DNA of 64,000 nt, taken from Coleofasciculus chthonoplastes F2-STO-03. Its GTDB lineage: Bacteria; Cyanobacteriota; Cyanobacteriia; Cyanobacteriales; Coleofasciculaceae. Below the pieces are notes generated by a model. It saw nothing but the letters and a program-made list of their open reading frames with translations. It was not told where the DNA came from and did no database searches. Position 1 is the first letter of the stretch; every line of letters begins with the position of its first letter. The DNA lies in NCBI GenBank assembly GCA_040222015.1, contig JAVJWO010000130.1, positions 95,956 to 159,955 of the forward strand, in the 5' to 3' direction. A program made the translations under genes and the position numbers. Shown one piece after another: positions 29,544-39,896 of this stretch.

Positions 29544-30152
29544 TTATTCAGATTGCTGGGACTGTAGCCAATTGAGCAATACTTGAGTGCTACTAAAATA
29601 ATTGGTAATCCCCACATTTCCCAACGCGGCTTGAACTTCAGGTGTACCAAAGTCCCGTTCATTACTACTCAAAAATACTTGAGTTTCCGTCTGGTAAGAT
29701 TGAGCCTGATGTAGAATACAGTGAAGAATCAGATTATCTGTATAATCTTGATCAATTAAAGAAATAGTTAAACCATCTTGGATTATGGACGGCGTTAAAG
29801 CAATGAGTTCGGCTTTTTCAGATATCTGGTTAAGCGCTTGAAACAGACGCATTTTAATCTCTGTAAGTAGCTGCTCATTTTCCGTTTTAGACTCCATTAA
29901 AAGCGCCAACATAGACCTGGCATTAGATGAGGTTACATCTCGCCGTAACTGACTGATTTGCAAATTTAGTTCATTTTCAAAACGTCGGCGGTATTTTTGT
30001 TCATTTTCCAACGCTGATAAGGATTCCATTAAACAAATACTTGGCATGACTAGCTGCACCGATGATGGCGTATTTTGCAGCAATGTAGTCGCTAATAAAT
30101 CACGCCCCGTACAAATACTCATGAGAAAGTTCGTCTCTAAGTATAGTATCAC
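29544..30152 (-). CDS. PIN-domain protein
   Basis: ILYLETNFL, PSICLME, DNLILHCI, FLSSNERDF. Confidence 0.8.
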   Translation of the reverse strand: MILYLETNFLMSICTGRDLLATTLLQNTPSSVQLVMPSICLMESLSALENEQKYRRRFENELNLQISQLRRDVTSSNARSMLALLMESKTENEQLLTEIKMRLFQALNQISEKAELIALTPSIIQDGLTISLIDQDYTDNLILHCILHQAQSYQTETQVFLSSNERDFGTPEVQAALGNVGITNYFSSTQVLLNWLQSQQSE

Positions 30153-30633
30153 CTGAAATTTCTACCTCACGTTTGGTGCTACCTTCGTCTAGTCGTTTTA
30201 ATAAACCAATAGCTGCTAATTCTTCTGATGCTGGCGGTGTTTCTAACTTCCAGTGGAAGGCTAAATCGTCCAGCCATGCTAGAAGTAGCGTTTCTAAGTA
30301 ACCTCCAGTTATCTGTTGATGCTGATAGTCACGCTTATAGCTATCAAAGTCCCTAATATAGGGTTTTACCACATCAGTGGTCTTTAGGGAATAGATAGCC
30401 TCAGACCAATTGACGCCATCCCATTGAACAATTTGAATCGTTTCGGGGTCAACTAGCATCGCGAATGGAACGACGGTTTGTGTGGCTTTTAGGTAGGACT
30501 TAAATTGAGAGAGGGTAAGCTTAACCACACGGCTACCTCTGACATCAGCAACTAGAATAACTCGTCCCTGTTTGTCTAAGGCAATTACATCAGCAGAGAT
30601 TTGATGGCGGAATATGGGATTGGCAGTTTCCAT
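30100..30633 (-). CDS. HsdR_N-like/PD-(D/E)xK-fold protein
   Basis: ADVIALDKQGRVILVADVR...QFKSYL...PFAMLVD; overlaps the PIN gene by 53 nt. Confidence 0.6.
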   Translation of the reverse strand: METANPIFRHQISADVIALDKQGRVILVADVRGSRVVKLTLSQFKSYLKATQTVVPFAMLVDPETIQIVQWDGVNWSEAIYSLKTTDVVKPYIRDFDSYKRDYQHQQITGGYLETLLLAWLDDLAFHWKLETPPASEELAAIGLLKRLDEGSTKREVEISGDTILRDELSHEYLYGA

Positions 30634-30659
30634 AGGGTTGATTGGTGATGGGTGATTGG

Positions 30660-31256
30660 TTATAGTTTAACAACAATGGGTTGACAATCTAATCCCTTGG
30701 CTGCTGTTGATTTTTCTTCACACTCAATTGGATGCGGCTGAAATAACAGTTTCAAATTGGTTGTATCTTCGGGAACTTCAAACACAAGCTGTCCCTGTCG
30801 TTGATCGCCGGGACTAATTTCACCTGTCGGTGTCTCAATATCCTCCAATGCACTGGCTAAAAGCGCCACTTCATAAGTATTATTGTTGCCATCGATAACG
30901 TCAAAGGAAACCACGGAAAAGGTTTGCGGTTGTTGTCCTTGATTAACAATTGTTGTATCGACTACCACCCACTGATTTCCTTTATTGGGTTGAATCACGC
31001 CTTTTCCGGGATGCATCCTGGTGCTGTTAACAGTAAATTGGAGATTAAGATTGTTTTGGCTGATGGAAATGACCTCACCGAGAGAATGTGTTGGTGCTGA
31101 AATGGGCTTGGTTGCAGTAGATTCAGTCGTTTCCCCAGACGTGCGATCGCGGCTTTCAATCGTCTCAGGGTTTTGTTCTGATGGAGAACATCCTAGGGCT
31201 AAAGTGAGGAGGATAATCGACGCGATCGCACCTATTTTTTTTAGTGTTTTATACAT
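30660..31256 (-). CDS. DUF4352-like lipoprotein
   Basis: Lipobox LALGC; GEISPGDQRQGQLVFEVP. Confidence 0.8.
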   Translation of the reverse strand: MYKTLKKIGAIASIILLTLALGCSPSEQNPETIESRDRTSGETTESTATKPISAPTHSLGEVISISQNNLNLQFTVNSTRMHPGKGVIQPNKGNQWVVVDTTIVNQGQQPQTFSVVSFDVIDGNNNTYEVALLASALEDIETPTGEISPGDQRQGQLVFEVPEDTTNLKLLFQPHPIECEEKSTAAKGLDCQPIVVKL

Positions 31257-31490
31257 ACTTATTCATCCAAATTTTAGCCGGACGCCACTTTCAATCAGAA
31301 TTCATCGAATGAACAGTTTTGATATCAATTCCGGTAGCCTCATCATTGTATATTGGGGAAAGGGTAAAAGGGCAGAAGGCAGGAGGGAAAAGTTATATCC
31401 TATTGTAGGGGCGGGTTTAGCCGTTTAATTGATGGGTATACCGATAACTTATCAACAAAACCCGCCCTCTTGTCGTTTAGATTTGATCCA

Positions 31491-31534
31491 AATGACAAAT
31501 GACGAATGACAAATGACAAATGACGAATGACAAA
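31491..31534. repeat. Heptamer tandem repeat (AATGACA/G)n
   Basis: Similar arrays at 43723-43754, 47273-47306, 55977-56045; CTATTCC at ~39883-39918; GGGAACA at 49434-49470; 9-mers GGGGGAGCT at 48054-48102 and 60514-60551. Confidence 0.9.
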
Positions 31535-31538
31535 TACC

Positions 31539-33386
31539 CTAACTTCCCAACATCTGCAACTGATACAAAGCCGCATACAAACCCTTCTGTTGCAACAGGT
31601 GTTCATGAGAACCCGATTCCACCAACTCACCCCGTTTAAGCACCAAAATTCGGTCTACATTGCGAATGGTTGAGAGACGGTGGGCGATAATAATCGCCGT
31701 GCGTTTTTCCAATAAATGATCAAGGGCTTGTTGAATCAACGCTTCGGTTCCCACATCTAAACTCGCCGTCGCTTCATCTAATACTAAAATTTGCGGATCA
31801 CGAATTGCCGCCCGCGCAAATGCCAATAACTGCTTTTGACCCCCAGAAAGGTTCGTTCCCCTCTCCCGGAGTTGGGTATCATAGCCTTGAGGAAGTTCTT
31901 CGATAAATTGTGCCACATTTGTGGCTTCAGCCGCCGCTTTCACTTCTTCAATCGAGTAATCTTCGCCCAAGGTAATATTACTTTTAACATCCCCAGCAAA
32001 CAAAAACCCCTCTTGCAAAATAACCGCCATCTGACGCCGTAATTCAGCTTGGGGCAAATCCCGAATATCAACCCCATCCACTAAAATGCGTCCCTTTGTG
32101 GCTTCATAGAGGCGACACAGCAAACGAATAATTGAACTCTTTCCCGCACCTGTGGGACCCACTAACGCTACTTTTTCTCCAGGGCGAATGGTAAAGTTTA
32201 AATCTTTGAGAACATAGTCATCATCTTTATAAGCAAACCAGACGTGTTCAAAGCGAATTTCACCTCGATGTGCCGCTATTTCTCTCTTACCATTTGTCCT
32301 CTGCTGTTCGGAAATTAACCCCGAATGCGCTAAATCTGGATCACGAATTTCAATCGGCTCATGCATAATATCACTCACCCGTTCAAGTGCGGTGAATCCA
32401 GCTTGGAACATGGTAAACTTGTCAGCAAACTGACGTAATGGATTAAATAAACGCTGGGCGTAGAGAATAAAAGCAGATAAGACACCAAAACTGAGATTAT
32501 CTCGCAGGATCAACCAGCCTCCTAACCATAATACCGCCGCGATCGCAACCAAAGAAATCCACTCTAATGTGGCAGATACAGCAGAATCGTGAAAAATGGT
32601 TTTATCAACTTCCGCGACATAGCGCTGGTTCACCGCCCGAAACATCTCAGCATTTACTTGTTCCCGGCGAAATAGTTGGACAATATTAATTCCAGCGATA
32701 TTTTCTTGCAACATTGAGTTGAGTGTGGATAGTTCTTCTCTGGCTGTATAATTTGCTTTCCGATATTGCCCCTGGAAGTAGACAATCAGTCCGGTAACCG
32801 GAAATAACATTAATATTAGAATTAGCGCCAGTTGCCATTGTAGGGAAAACATGAAAATGGCAATAACCAGCATTGAGAAAATGTCATTGAGAATGCCAAT
32901 GGCACCACTGGAAAAGACTAATCCTAATGCTTCCACATCGCTGGTGATCCGGGTAATCAGTTTTCCCACGGGGGTTCGGTCAAAAAATCGCACTGCCAGG
33001 GAGGTAATATGGTCAAATAAATCATTGCGAATCCCGGCGGTAATTTGCTGACCTAAGTTCTCTTCCAGGAATTTCTGGAAAACGCTACAGACTAATCGGA
33101 TAATGATACTCAGTAATAACAGAGTTGCCAGGATATTGATGCTTTCTGATAAAGAACGATTATCCAGAAACCACCAGGTTTCTTCTTGACGGATCAAGGA
33201 AACCGCTTGCCCAATAATTAAGGGTTGAATTGCACCCAGAATGGATACGGGAACGAGTAAAATAATCGCTATGATCAGTAGGCGTTTTTTCCTGAGTGCA
33301 TAAGGAATCAATCTCCGGAAAAGTCGCCAATCGGTTTCCCCGCGTCGGTTAACGCCTCTAGATGTTGGTGATGATGCCTTAGTCAT
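31539..33386 (-). CDS. ABC transporter ATP-binding/permease (MdlB-like)
   Basis: GPTGAGKS, LSGGQKQ, ILVLDEAT, IAHRLST; ATG at 33386 preferred because the longer ORF starts inside a REP. Confidence 0.93.
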   Translation of the reverse strand: MTKASSPTSRGVNRRGETDWRLFRRLIPYALRKKRLLIIAIILLVPVSILGAIQPLIIGQAVSLIRQEETWWFLDNRSLSESINILATLLLLSIIIRLVCSVFQKFLEENLGQQITAGIRNDLFDHITSLAVRFFDRTPVGKLITRITSDVEALGLVFSSGAIGILNDIFSMLVIAIFMFSLQWQLALILILMLFPVTGLIVYFQGQYRKANYTAREELSTLNSMLQENIAGINIVQLFRREQVNAEMFRAVNQRYVAEVDKTIFHDSAVSATLEWISLVAIAAVLWLGGWLILRDNLSFGVLSAFILYAQRLFNPLRQFADKFTMFQAGFTALERVSDIMHEPIEIRDPDLAHSGLISEQQRTNGKREIAAHRGEIRFEHVWFAYKDDDYVLKDLNFTIRPGEKVALVGPTGAGKSSIIRLLCRLYEATKGRILVDGVDIRDLPQAELRRQMAVILQEGFLFAGDVKSNITLGEDYSIEEVKAAAEATNVAQFIEELPQGYDTQLRERGTNLSGGQKQLLAFARAAIRDPQILVLDEATASLDVGTEALIQQALDHLLEKRTAIIIAHRLSTIRNVDRILVLKRGELVESGSHEHLLQQKGLYAALYQLQMLGS

Positions 33387-33735
33387 AGTAAACCCTGGTT
33401 TTAAGAAGTTGAACGTTATTGGGTAGGGGCGGGTTTTACCGATAACGTTTGGCAAAAACTGATAACGTAACTAAACCCGTCCTCCTCAGTCAAAAGTTAT
33501 TTAGAGATGTGCCATGGCACGTCTGTCACAACAAGAAAATTAATCATAAATTTATAGGTCGAGTTGTCAATCACCTGTTTTAATCCTCAGTACGATTCGA
33601 TATCAGTCGTCATTTTGTCTTTGCTGGTCAGGAACTCATCGATACTGATGTAAATGATTGGTTCAATACCTTCGGCTGGGGTTGACAGAAGTGATAAGAT
33701 ATATCAAAACTTATTGGCAGAGGTAAAACTGTAGA

Positions 33736-35013
33736 GTGCGAAATGTGACCACAATGACAACGTTTACCGGAAAAATAAAGGAAGTTGTGAAAAATGATAG
33801 AACTTACATTTTGATAATAGGGGTTGCCCTAGTACTGCGTATCCTTTGGGCAATAGCCGTACCAGTAATACCAGTCTCAGATAGTAACGCTTACGATACA
33901 TTTGCACTCAACTTGGCAACTGGACAAGGGTATGGCTGGGAGAGGGGTTCGCCAACGGCTTATTGGCCCCCCGGTACCTCTTTTGTCTATGCCATATTTT
34001 ACTGGCTGTTTGGTCACAGCTATTTACCGATTATTGTTTTCAATCTTTTATTGACAGCCGTCATTATCTGGGTGGCAATGCGCTTGGCAGAAACTTGGTT
34101 CAATCGTCGCATTGCAATTATAACAGGTATTATCCTAGCACTATGGCCTAGCCAAATCCAATTTACCACCGTCCTTGCTAGTGAGTTACTCTTTACTGCA
34201 TTGGTATTAGTGGGACTGTTTCTGTGGTTTAATGAGAGATTCACACTCCGGTCGAGAGCATTAGGGGTTGCCGTGGTGCTGGCAGCAGCAAGTTATGTGC
34301 GACCGACGGCACTGTTAATTCCCATCTTACTATTATTCTTTAGAGCGGTTAGGACAAGGGAGATATTTAAGAACTTGACGGCTACCTTGGTCATGTTTGT
34401 TGTCATGGCGCTGCTGATTGCACCTTGGTCAATTCGTAATACTCTAGTATTCGGACAGTTTACCACTATTTCAACGAATTCAGGATCAGTTTTTTGGATG
34501 GGCAATAATCCAGAGTCCACGGGTGGATATATGCCATTACCCCCTGAAGTCAAGGGGATGAATGAAGCACAGCGAGACGATTACCTAAAGTCTGTTGCTG
34601 TTTCTCATATTAAAGAAAAACCAATTTTGTTTATCAGACGCTGCCTGATTCGGTTGGTTAAAACTCACGAGCGTGAAAGTATCGGAGTAGCTTGGAATGA
34701 GAAAGGCTTAGTCAAGCGTTATGGAAATTGGATTTTGTTGCCGTTGAAGATAATCAATCAACTCTACTGGTTAGCTGTGCTGGGACTTGCCTTGATTGGC
34801 ATTGTTCTACTCGGTAAACAGCAGGGATGGTTCATAATAATAACCCATCCAACTGTCTTACTTTGGGGCTATTTTGCCGCTGTCCATGCAGTGATTATCG
34901 CCCAAGATCGTTATCATTTTCCAAGTATTCCGATGATTGCTATACTTGCAGCTTTGACCCTGACATCCTGGTTGGATAGGAGACGAAAGGTGTTTAAAAA
35001 ACGCTCAAGCTAG
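33736..35013 (+). CDS. GT-C fold glycosyltransferase (GT39/ArnT-like)
   Basis: SDSNAY, TAYWPPG, ASELLF, YVRP, DRYHFP; about 10 TM helices. Confidence 0.8.
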   Translation: MRNVTTMTTFTGKIKEVVKNDRTYILIIGVALVLRILWAIAVPVIPVSDSNAYDTFALNLATGQGYGWERGSPTAYWPPGTSFVYAIFYWLFGHSYLPIIVFNLLLTAVIIWVAMRLAETWFNRRIAIITGIILALWPSQIQFTTVLASELLFTALVLVGLFLWFNERFTLRSRALGVAVVLAAASYVRPTALLIPILLLFFRAVRTREIFKNLTATLVMFVVMALLIAPWSIRNTLVFGQFTTISTNSGSVFWMGNNPESTGGYMPLPPEVKGMNEAQRDDYLKSVAVSHIKEKPILFIRRCLIRLVKTHERESIGVAWNEKGLVKRYGNWILLPLKIINQLYWLAVLGLALIGIVLLGKQQGWFIIITHPTVLLWGYFAAVHAVIIAQDRYHFPSIPMIAILAALTLTSWLDRRRKVFKKRSS

Positions 35014-35049
35014 TTAAAAAAAATACAGTAATCCTAGAAATAAATACAA

Positions 35050-35676
35050 ATGAACAAACAACTGAATTCAATTATCAAAAGCTATCCTTTAATAATTCCC
35101 AGATTATACAATTATTTGCGAATTTTTATTTTGCCGATTGCAGAAATAGCAAAATATGTTCCTGAAAAAGGGAAAATCCTTGATGTAGGATGCGGCTATG
35201 GTATTCTGGATATATACTTAGCTAAAACATCGCCAAATCGGCAGGTAATAGGGAGTGAACTAAATAGTAAGAGAGTAAAAATTGCTTCTAGTGTATCCAG
35301 AACAATTGAAAATGTTGAATTTTTTCAAGAAAACCTGTTGCAAGGTGATAAACCCGAAAAATTTGACGGCGTTGTCCTGATAGACTTACTCCATCATATA
35401 ACTTCTATTCAACAGCAGCAATTGCTACAAGCAGTTGCCAACATTCTCAAAAAAGATGGACAATTGATTATCAAAGATATGGATACTAAACCAGCCTTCA
35501 AATTCTATTGGAACCTGGTGCATGATAAGTTAATGACTGGTTTTGAAAGGTTAAATTTTATCGGTCATCAAGAGCTTATAGTTAAGCTAGAAGAACAGGG
35601 ATTTAATGTGTCATTTAAGAAAAAAATAAACCATCCACTATATGCTCATTATTTGCTCATTGCTATAAAAAAATGA
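35050..35676 (+). CDS. Class I SAM-dependent methyltransferase
   Basis: ILDVGCGYG, DLLHHI; AT-rich. Confidence 0.88.
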   Translation: MNKQLNSIIKSYPLIIPRLYNYLRIFILPIAEIAKYVPEKGKILDVGCGYGILDIYLAKTSPNRQVIGSELNSKRVKIASSVSRTIENVEFFQENLLQGDKPEKFDGVVLIDLLHHITSIQQQQLLQAVANILKKDGQLIIKDMDTKPAFKFYWNLVHDKLMTGFERLNFIGHQELIVKLEEQGFNVSFKKKINHPLYAHYLLIAIKK

Positions 35677-35695
35677 AGACATAAAATTTTATTGA

Positions 35696-35791
35696 TAGAG
35701 CTGTTTTCGATTAAATGAGGTATAGCATAACGCCTGTATTATAAGCTTTTTAACCGTTCGTTCGGACTTCATCAAACTGAGAACCGCTATA
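35696..35791. mobile_element. Degenerate MITE-like element
   Basis: TAGAGCTGTTTTCGATTAAATGAG...TCATCAAACTGAGAACCGCTATA imperfect TIRs. Confidence 0.45.
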
Positions 35792-35872
35792 AACTCCAAA
35801 TCAAATGAGTGGCTGCTTTAATCTGCTGTACATCAGTCTGGATCTAGTTATCAAATCATCCACAAGAGTATA

Positions 35873-36802
35873 GTGAACAGCAAAAATATTCCGTATTTAA
35901 CTGCCCTCCGCCCTCGTCAGTGGACAAAAAATTTAATCGTTTTTGCTGCCCCTCTTTTTGCTGTTAGTATTAATCTTCAATCTTTTCTAGGCAGCTTACT
36001 CGCATTTGTCCTATTTTGCAGCGCTTCTAGCAGTTTCTATTTATTCAATGACATTGCCGATGTCGAATCTGACCGTCGCCATCCAGTCAAGTGTAAGCGT
36101 CCTATTGCAGCAGGTTTAGTCAGTGTGCCAGTGGCAATAGGGATGGCGGTTATTCTGTTGTTTGGTTCCCTGATTATCGGGTGGCTACAGTCGTCTGCTT
36201 TAGGAGCAACTATCCTCGGCTACGCCGTACTGCAAGTTGCCTACAACTTAAGGCTGAAGCACACCGTAATTTTAGATATGTTCGCCATCGCCACTGGGTT
36301 TGTACTCCGGGCTTTTGCTGGTGCTGCGGCTACTGGAATTATTCTATCTCCCTGGTTTCTCTTGTGTACAGCGATGCTGGCGCTATTTTTGGGTGTGGAA
36401 AAGCGCAAAGCTGAGTTGCGATTGAGCGAAATTAGGGGTGGCAAAACTCGTTCGGTGCTGCGCCGTTATTCTTTATCGCTGCTGAGTCGCATGGAGAATA
36501 TCGTGACAACAGCTACCGTGGTTACCTATGCGCTTTGGAGTTTCGGTCCAAAAGTCCAGGGAGCATCAACCCCTTGGATGATGCTGACGTTACCCTTCGT
36601 TCTCTACGGCATTTTTCGTTATCAACTGTTGAGTGACCCCCGCGAAATTGCGCGTAGAAGTGACACGGTTGAACAAGGAGGGCGAACTGAGCAACCGGAA
36701 GAAGTCTTATTAAAAGACTTACCGACTTTGCTCACAGTCTTGGGTTGGGTGCTGACCAGTTTTATCATTTTGTTTCTCAAACAGAAAGGGGTAATTGACT
36801 AA
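35873..36802 (+). CDS. UbiA-family decaprenyl-phosphate phosphoribosyltransferase (DPPR synthase-like)
   Basis: LRPRQWTKN, YLFNDIADVESDRRHPVKCKRPIAAG, KRKAEL, YGIFRY. Confidence 0.9.
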   Translation: MNSKNIPYLTALRPRQWTKNLIVFAAPLFAVSINLQSFLGSLLAFVLFCSASSSFYLFNDIADVESDRRHPVKCKRPIAAGLVSVPVAIGMAVILLFGSLIIGWLQSSALGATILGYAVLQVAYNLRLKHTVILDMFAIATGFVLRAFAGAAATGIILSPWFLLCTAMLALFLGVEKRKAELRLSEIRGGKTRSVLRRYSLSLLSRMENIVTTATVVTYALWSFGPKVQGASTPWMMLTLPFVLYGIFRYQLLSDPREIARRSDTVEQGGRTEQPEEVLLKDLPTLLTVLGWVLTSFIILFLKQKGVID

Positions 36803-36859
36803 ATTTTTTCAGATTTCATTGAAAAAAACTATATATGAAATGAGAGGTTAAAATAATAT

Positions 36860-37462
36860 ATGCGGAAACGTTTCACAATTTTTATTTCTCCTTTAAGATT
36901 ACTTAAACTGAAATCAAAATCGAAGCGAATAAGACAAAAAAATCCTAGGAGAGATGATTTCCCTACAAAAGTTCATAGCGTGGCTTGTGTTAATCTGGAT
37001 TTATTGAAGACCGCTGGCATTCGAGGCGTAATTCTCGATTTAGATAATACCATTGTTTCGGAAGATGATCGCTACTTATCTCCGGAAGGCGAAGCCTGGA
37101 TCAAAAAAGCCAAGTTAGCCGGATTTAAGTTTTTTATTCTCTCCAATGGCAAGCGTCGCTATCGTGTAAAAACCTGGTCTGAGCGTCTGGATATTCCGGC
37201 AATCAATCCGGCAAGGAAACCCTTTCCTTTTGCCTTCCGCAAAGCCTTGGCTCAGATGCAACTAACACCCAAACAAGTTGTCGTGGTTGGAGACAGTCGC
37301 CATACGGATATTCTAGGTGCATGGATAGTCGGCTGTTCAAGCATTCAAGTTGCCACGCTTCCTCATCCTTTTCGCTGGTGGGAAAAACTTTTCGGAAAGT
37401 ACGTGCAAACTCCCTATCCAGCCGAGTATGATCTTTGGCTCTTTGATCCGCATTCCATATAG
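36860..37462 (+). CDS. YqeG-family HAD IIIA phosphatase
   Basis: ILDLDNT, ILSN, ARKP, VVGD..TDILG. Confidence 0.88.
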   Translation: MRKRFTIFISPLRLLKLKSKSKRIRQKNPRRDDFPTKVHSVACVNLDLLKTAGIRGVILDLDNTIVSEDDRYLSPEGEAWIKKAKLAGFKFFILSNGKRRYRVKTWSERLDIPAINPARKPFPFAFRKALAQMQLTPKQVVVVGDSRHTDILGAWIVGCSSIQVATLPHPFRWWEKLFGKYVQTPYPAEYDLWLFDPHSI

Positions 37463-37544
37463 GTTTTGGTATTAGTTAAGTTAAATTTGCCAATTGCCTA
37501 TTCTTGAATATCTTATTTGATAGTCGCTGGGTGGGAAATATAGA

Positions 37545-38315
37545 TTACTCATGAATTCTACCATCAGGTAAAATAGTCCCCGATAAAATAGCCCCTGTTA
37601 ATTTAACCAACAATCGTTCGCCTGTCCCCACTTTAGCGCCCCGCAAATCCGCACCCCGCAAATCCGCACCACTCAAATCCGCACCAATCAAATTAGCATC
37701 CCGTAAATTTGCCTGAACTAAACAGGCTTGAAATAAGTTAGCGCGAAACAGATTTGCTCCTTCTAAATTCGCGCCACTGAGATTAACATTATGTAAAAAA
37801 GCATCCGTCAGGTTAGCTTGACTGAGATTAGCCTTACTAAGATTACGTCCAGATAAGTCTTTTTCTTTCAGATCAACCCCCTGAAAATTAGCGCCACTGA
37901 GATCAGGCTGCGATCGCGGGCGCTGGGATTGCGATCGCGTTCTGGGTTGGGAGTAATTCCTGGATGCGTAGGGCGGTTGCTGCGGTTCTCTGGATTGATA
38001 GTAACGCCGCGATTGAGTCGGTTCTCGTCGGGGCGATCGCGCACGGTAATAATAGGTATTGGAAGCAGGTTTGGGCGGCGGTGGGGATGAGGGTTTGGGG
38101 GTTTTGGGTTTTTGCGATCGCAGTTCGTCTCGCGCTTGGTTAATTTCCTTGAGTTTGGCTTCAGCTTTCTGACGCAAGCGCTGATTATCCTTGGGGACAC
38201 GATCCGGGTGCCAAATAAATGCCAAGTCTTTATAGGCTTGGTTCACGTCTTCTAGGGAGGCTCCGGGTTCTAGTCCCAGTATTCTGTAGTAGTGGTCTAA
38301 ATTGTTAGATGACAT
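37545..38315 (-). CDS. DnaJ domain + pentapeptide repeat protein
   Basis: WHPD J-domain; ANLxx repeats. Confidence 0.92.
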   Translation of the reverse strand: MSSNNLDHYYRILGLEPGASLEDVNQAYKDLAFIWHPDRVPKDNQRLRQKAEAKLKEINQARDELRSQKPKTPKPSSPPPPKPASNTYYYRARSPRREPTQSRRYYQSREPQQPPYASRNYSQPRTRSQSQRPRSQPDLSGANFQGVDLKEKDLSGRNLSKANLSQANLTDAFLHNVNLSGANLEGANLFRANLFQACLVQANLRDANLIGADLSGADLRGADLRGAKVGTGERLLVKLTGAILSGTILPDGRIHE

Positions 38316-38423
38316 TGCCGTCTTATATTAACCTCAAATTTAGACTCTCTTTAAAAATTTTAGTCCATTTTAATGGACTTGGGCGATTAGCCCGGAGTTT
38401 GAACTCCGGGCAGGTTTAAGGGT

Positions 38424-39755
38424 TTACTTTATACCCTTAAACCGTTCTTTCGCCGACTCAAATGCTTCTTTCATCACCGATTGAATTTTCTGGGGATCGG
38501 GTTTTTTCCCGCCCATTAAATCCCCAAAATAAACACAAGCCCCCTCACCCAACGCCCAGGTATACGCCGCCGCCCAAGACGCCGCGATCGCACTCCCTAA
38601 ACCGGGTAAGAATTTGATTAATTCTCGTCCCACAGCTTGCGCCACAAAACCCCCCGCGATCGCACTCACAACTCCCCCAGCTTGAGAAGGCGTCAGCGTC
38701 TGTCCATATAATTTCCCCAACAAGCCAACCAGCGAGACTTGTAGCGCAGTCAAAACAGGCATTGTAGCAAAAGGTAACGGAACCGCCGCCAAGGTTGCAG
38801 CCATAATCGAAAATGCCAAAATATACCGTCGCCCCACATCTCGATACAGATTCCCCAGTTGCTGACTGGCGTCTTTTTCTTCTAATAATTGAGAAATGGC
38901 ACGAGATTCGGCTTCGGGTAATAAGTCGGCTAAGGCGTCGCTGAGTGCCTCTAAGCCATAAAAGACGGGATGATACTCATCTTCTTCTCGGGTAAAATCA
39001 ATGAGAACTGCTCGATTATACAGACCCTTAAAAGCAGTCTGAATTCCCTCAAAGGCGCGGTTCATCTCTTCATACTCTGGGGGATAAGCTGGATGATCAA
39101 TGACATCAGTTGGATAAAGTTCATGTAAGCAGGTGAGAGCCAGCAAACAGGGAATCTCTGGATATTTTTTTTGTAACTGTTCAGCCACCTGTCTTAATGT
39201 ATCGGTGGCAAAGTCATTAATTTTCACCGTCAAAATCAGGATTCTGGCACGATGAGTATCCTGTTGCAATTCATCGGCTAATTCCTGAATAATCATCGGC
39301 GTTTCTTGGTTGACATCACCCAAACCCACGGTATCGGTGAAAATCAGTAAGGGTAAATCATTGGAAGGGTAAGCATAACGCTCAGTATATTGCGTATGGG
39401 GACGAAATCCCTGACCGACAATCTCCCCTGAAACCCCAGTCAATCCCCGGACAATGGAACTTTTCCCCGATTGAGGTTTGCCAATCAGCAGCGCTTGGGT
39501 GGTGGGGAGTTCTTCCCGTATCGACGCCAAAATCTCCGCGACTTGAGATTCACTGACACTAAACCAGTTGAGAACGGTTTGGGTTACTTGTTCCGTGGGG
39601 AGGAGTTGCTGCAAGCGATCGCTTGCTGTAGTCCAGAGTCCAGCCATGCGGTTCGTCCAGGAGTTATCAACCGATTCTGAGGTTGTCCCTTCCGTCGGTT
39701 TTTGCACCTGCTGAGAATCAGCCGATGGTACGTCAGCCTTATGTTCGTCAGTCAT
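38424..39755 (-). CDS. YcjF/DUF697-type GTPase
   Basis: GKPQSGKS, DTVG; C-terminal hydrophobic AVPLPFA...LGKLYG. Confidence 0.8.
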   Translation of the reverse strand: MTDEHKADVPSADSQQVQKPTEGTTSESVDNSWTNRMAGLWTTASDRLQQLLPTEQVTQTVLNWFSVSESQVAEILASIREELPTTQALLIGKPQSGKSSIVRGLTGVSGEIVGQGFRPHTQYTERYAYPSNDLPLLIFTDTVGLGDVNQETPMIIQELADELQQDTHRARILILTVKINDFATDTLRQVAEQLQKKYPEIPCLLALTCLHELYPTDVIDHPAYPPEYEEMNRAFEGIQTAFKGLYNRAVLIDFTREEDEYHPVFYGLEALSDALADLLPEAESRAISQLLEEKDASQQLGNLYRDVGRRYILAFSIMAATLAAVPLPFATMPVLTALQVSLVGLLGKLYGQTLTPSQAGGVVSAIAGGFVAQAVGRELIKFLPGLGSAIAASWAAAYTWALGEGACVYFGDLMGGKKPDPQKIQSVMKEAFESAKERFKGIK

Positions 39756-39896
39756 CTGATAAAACGATGAATCTCTTCAATCCTACCTATCTTTAGATTA
39801 CATACAGATGTAGAGACGTTGCATGCAACGTCTCTACAGATTGATTGGCTTTTGTCTTTACTATTGCCAGAAAGTCTATTGCCTATTCCCTATTCC

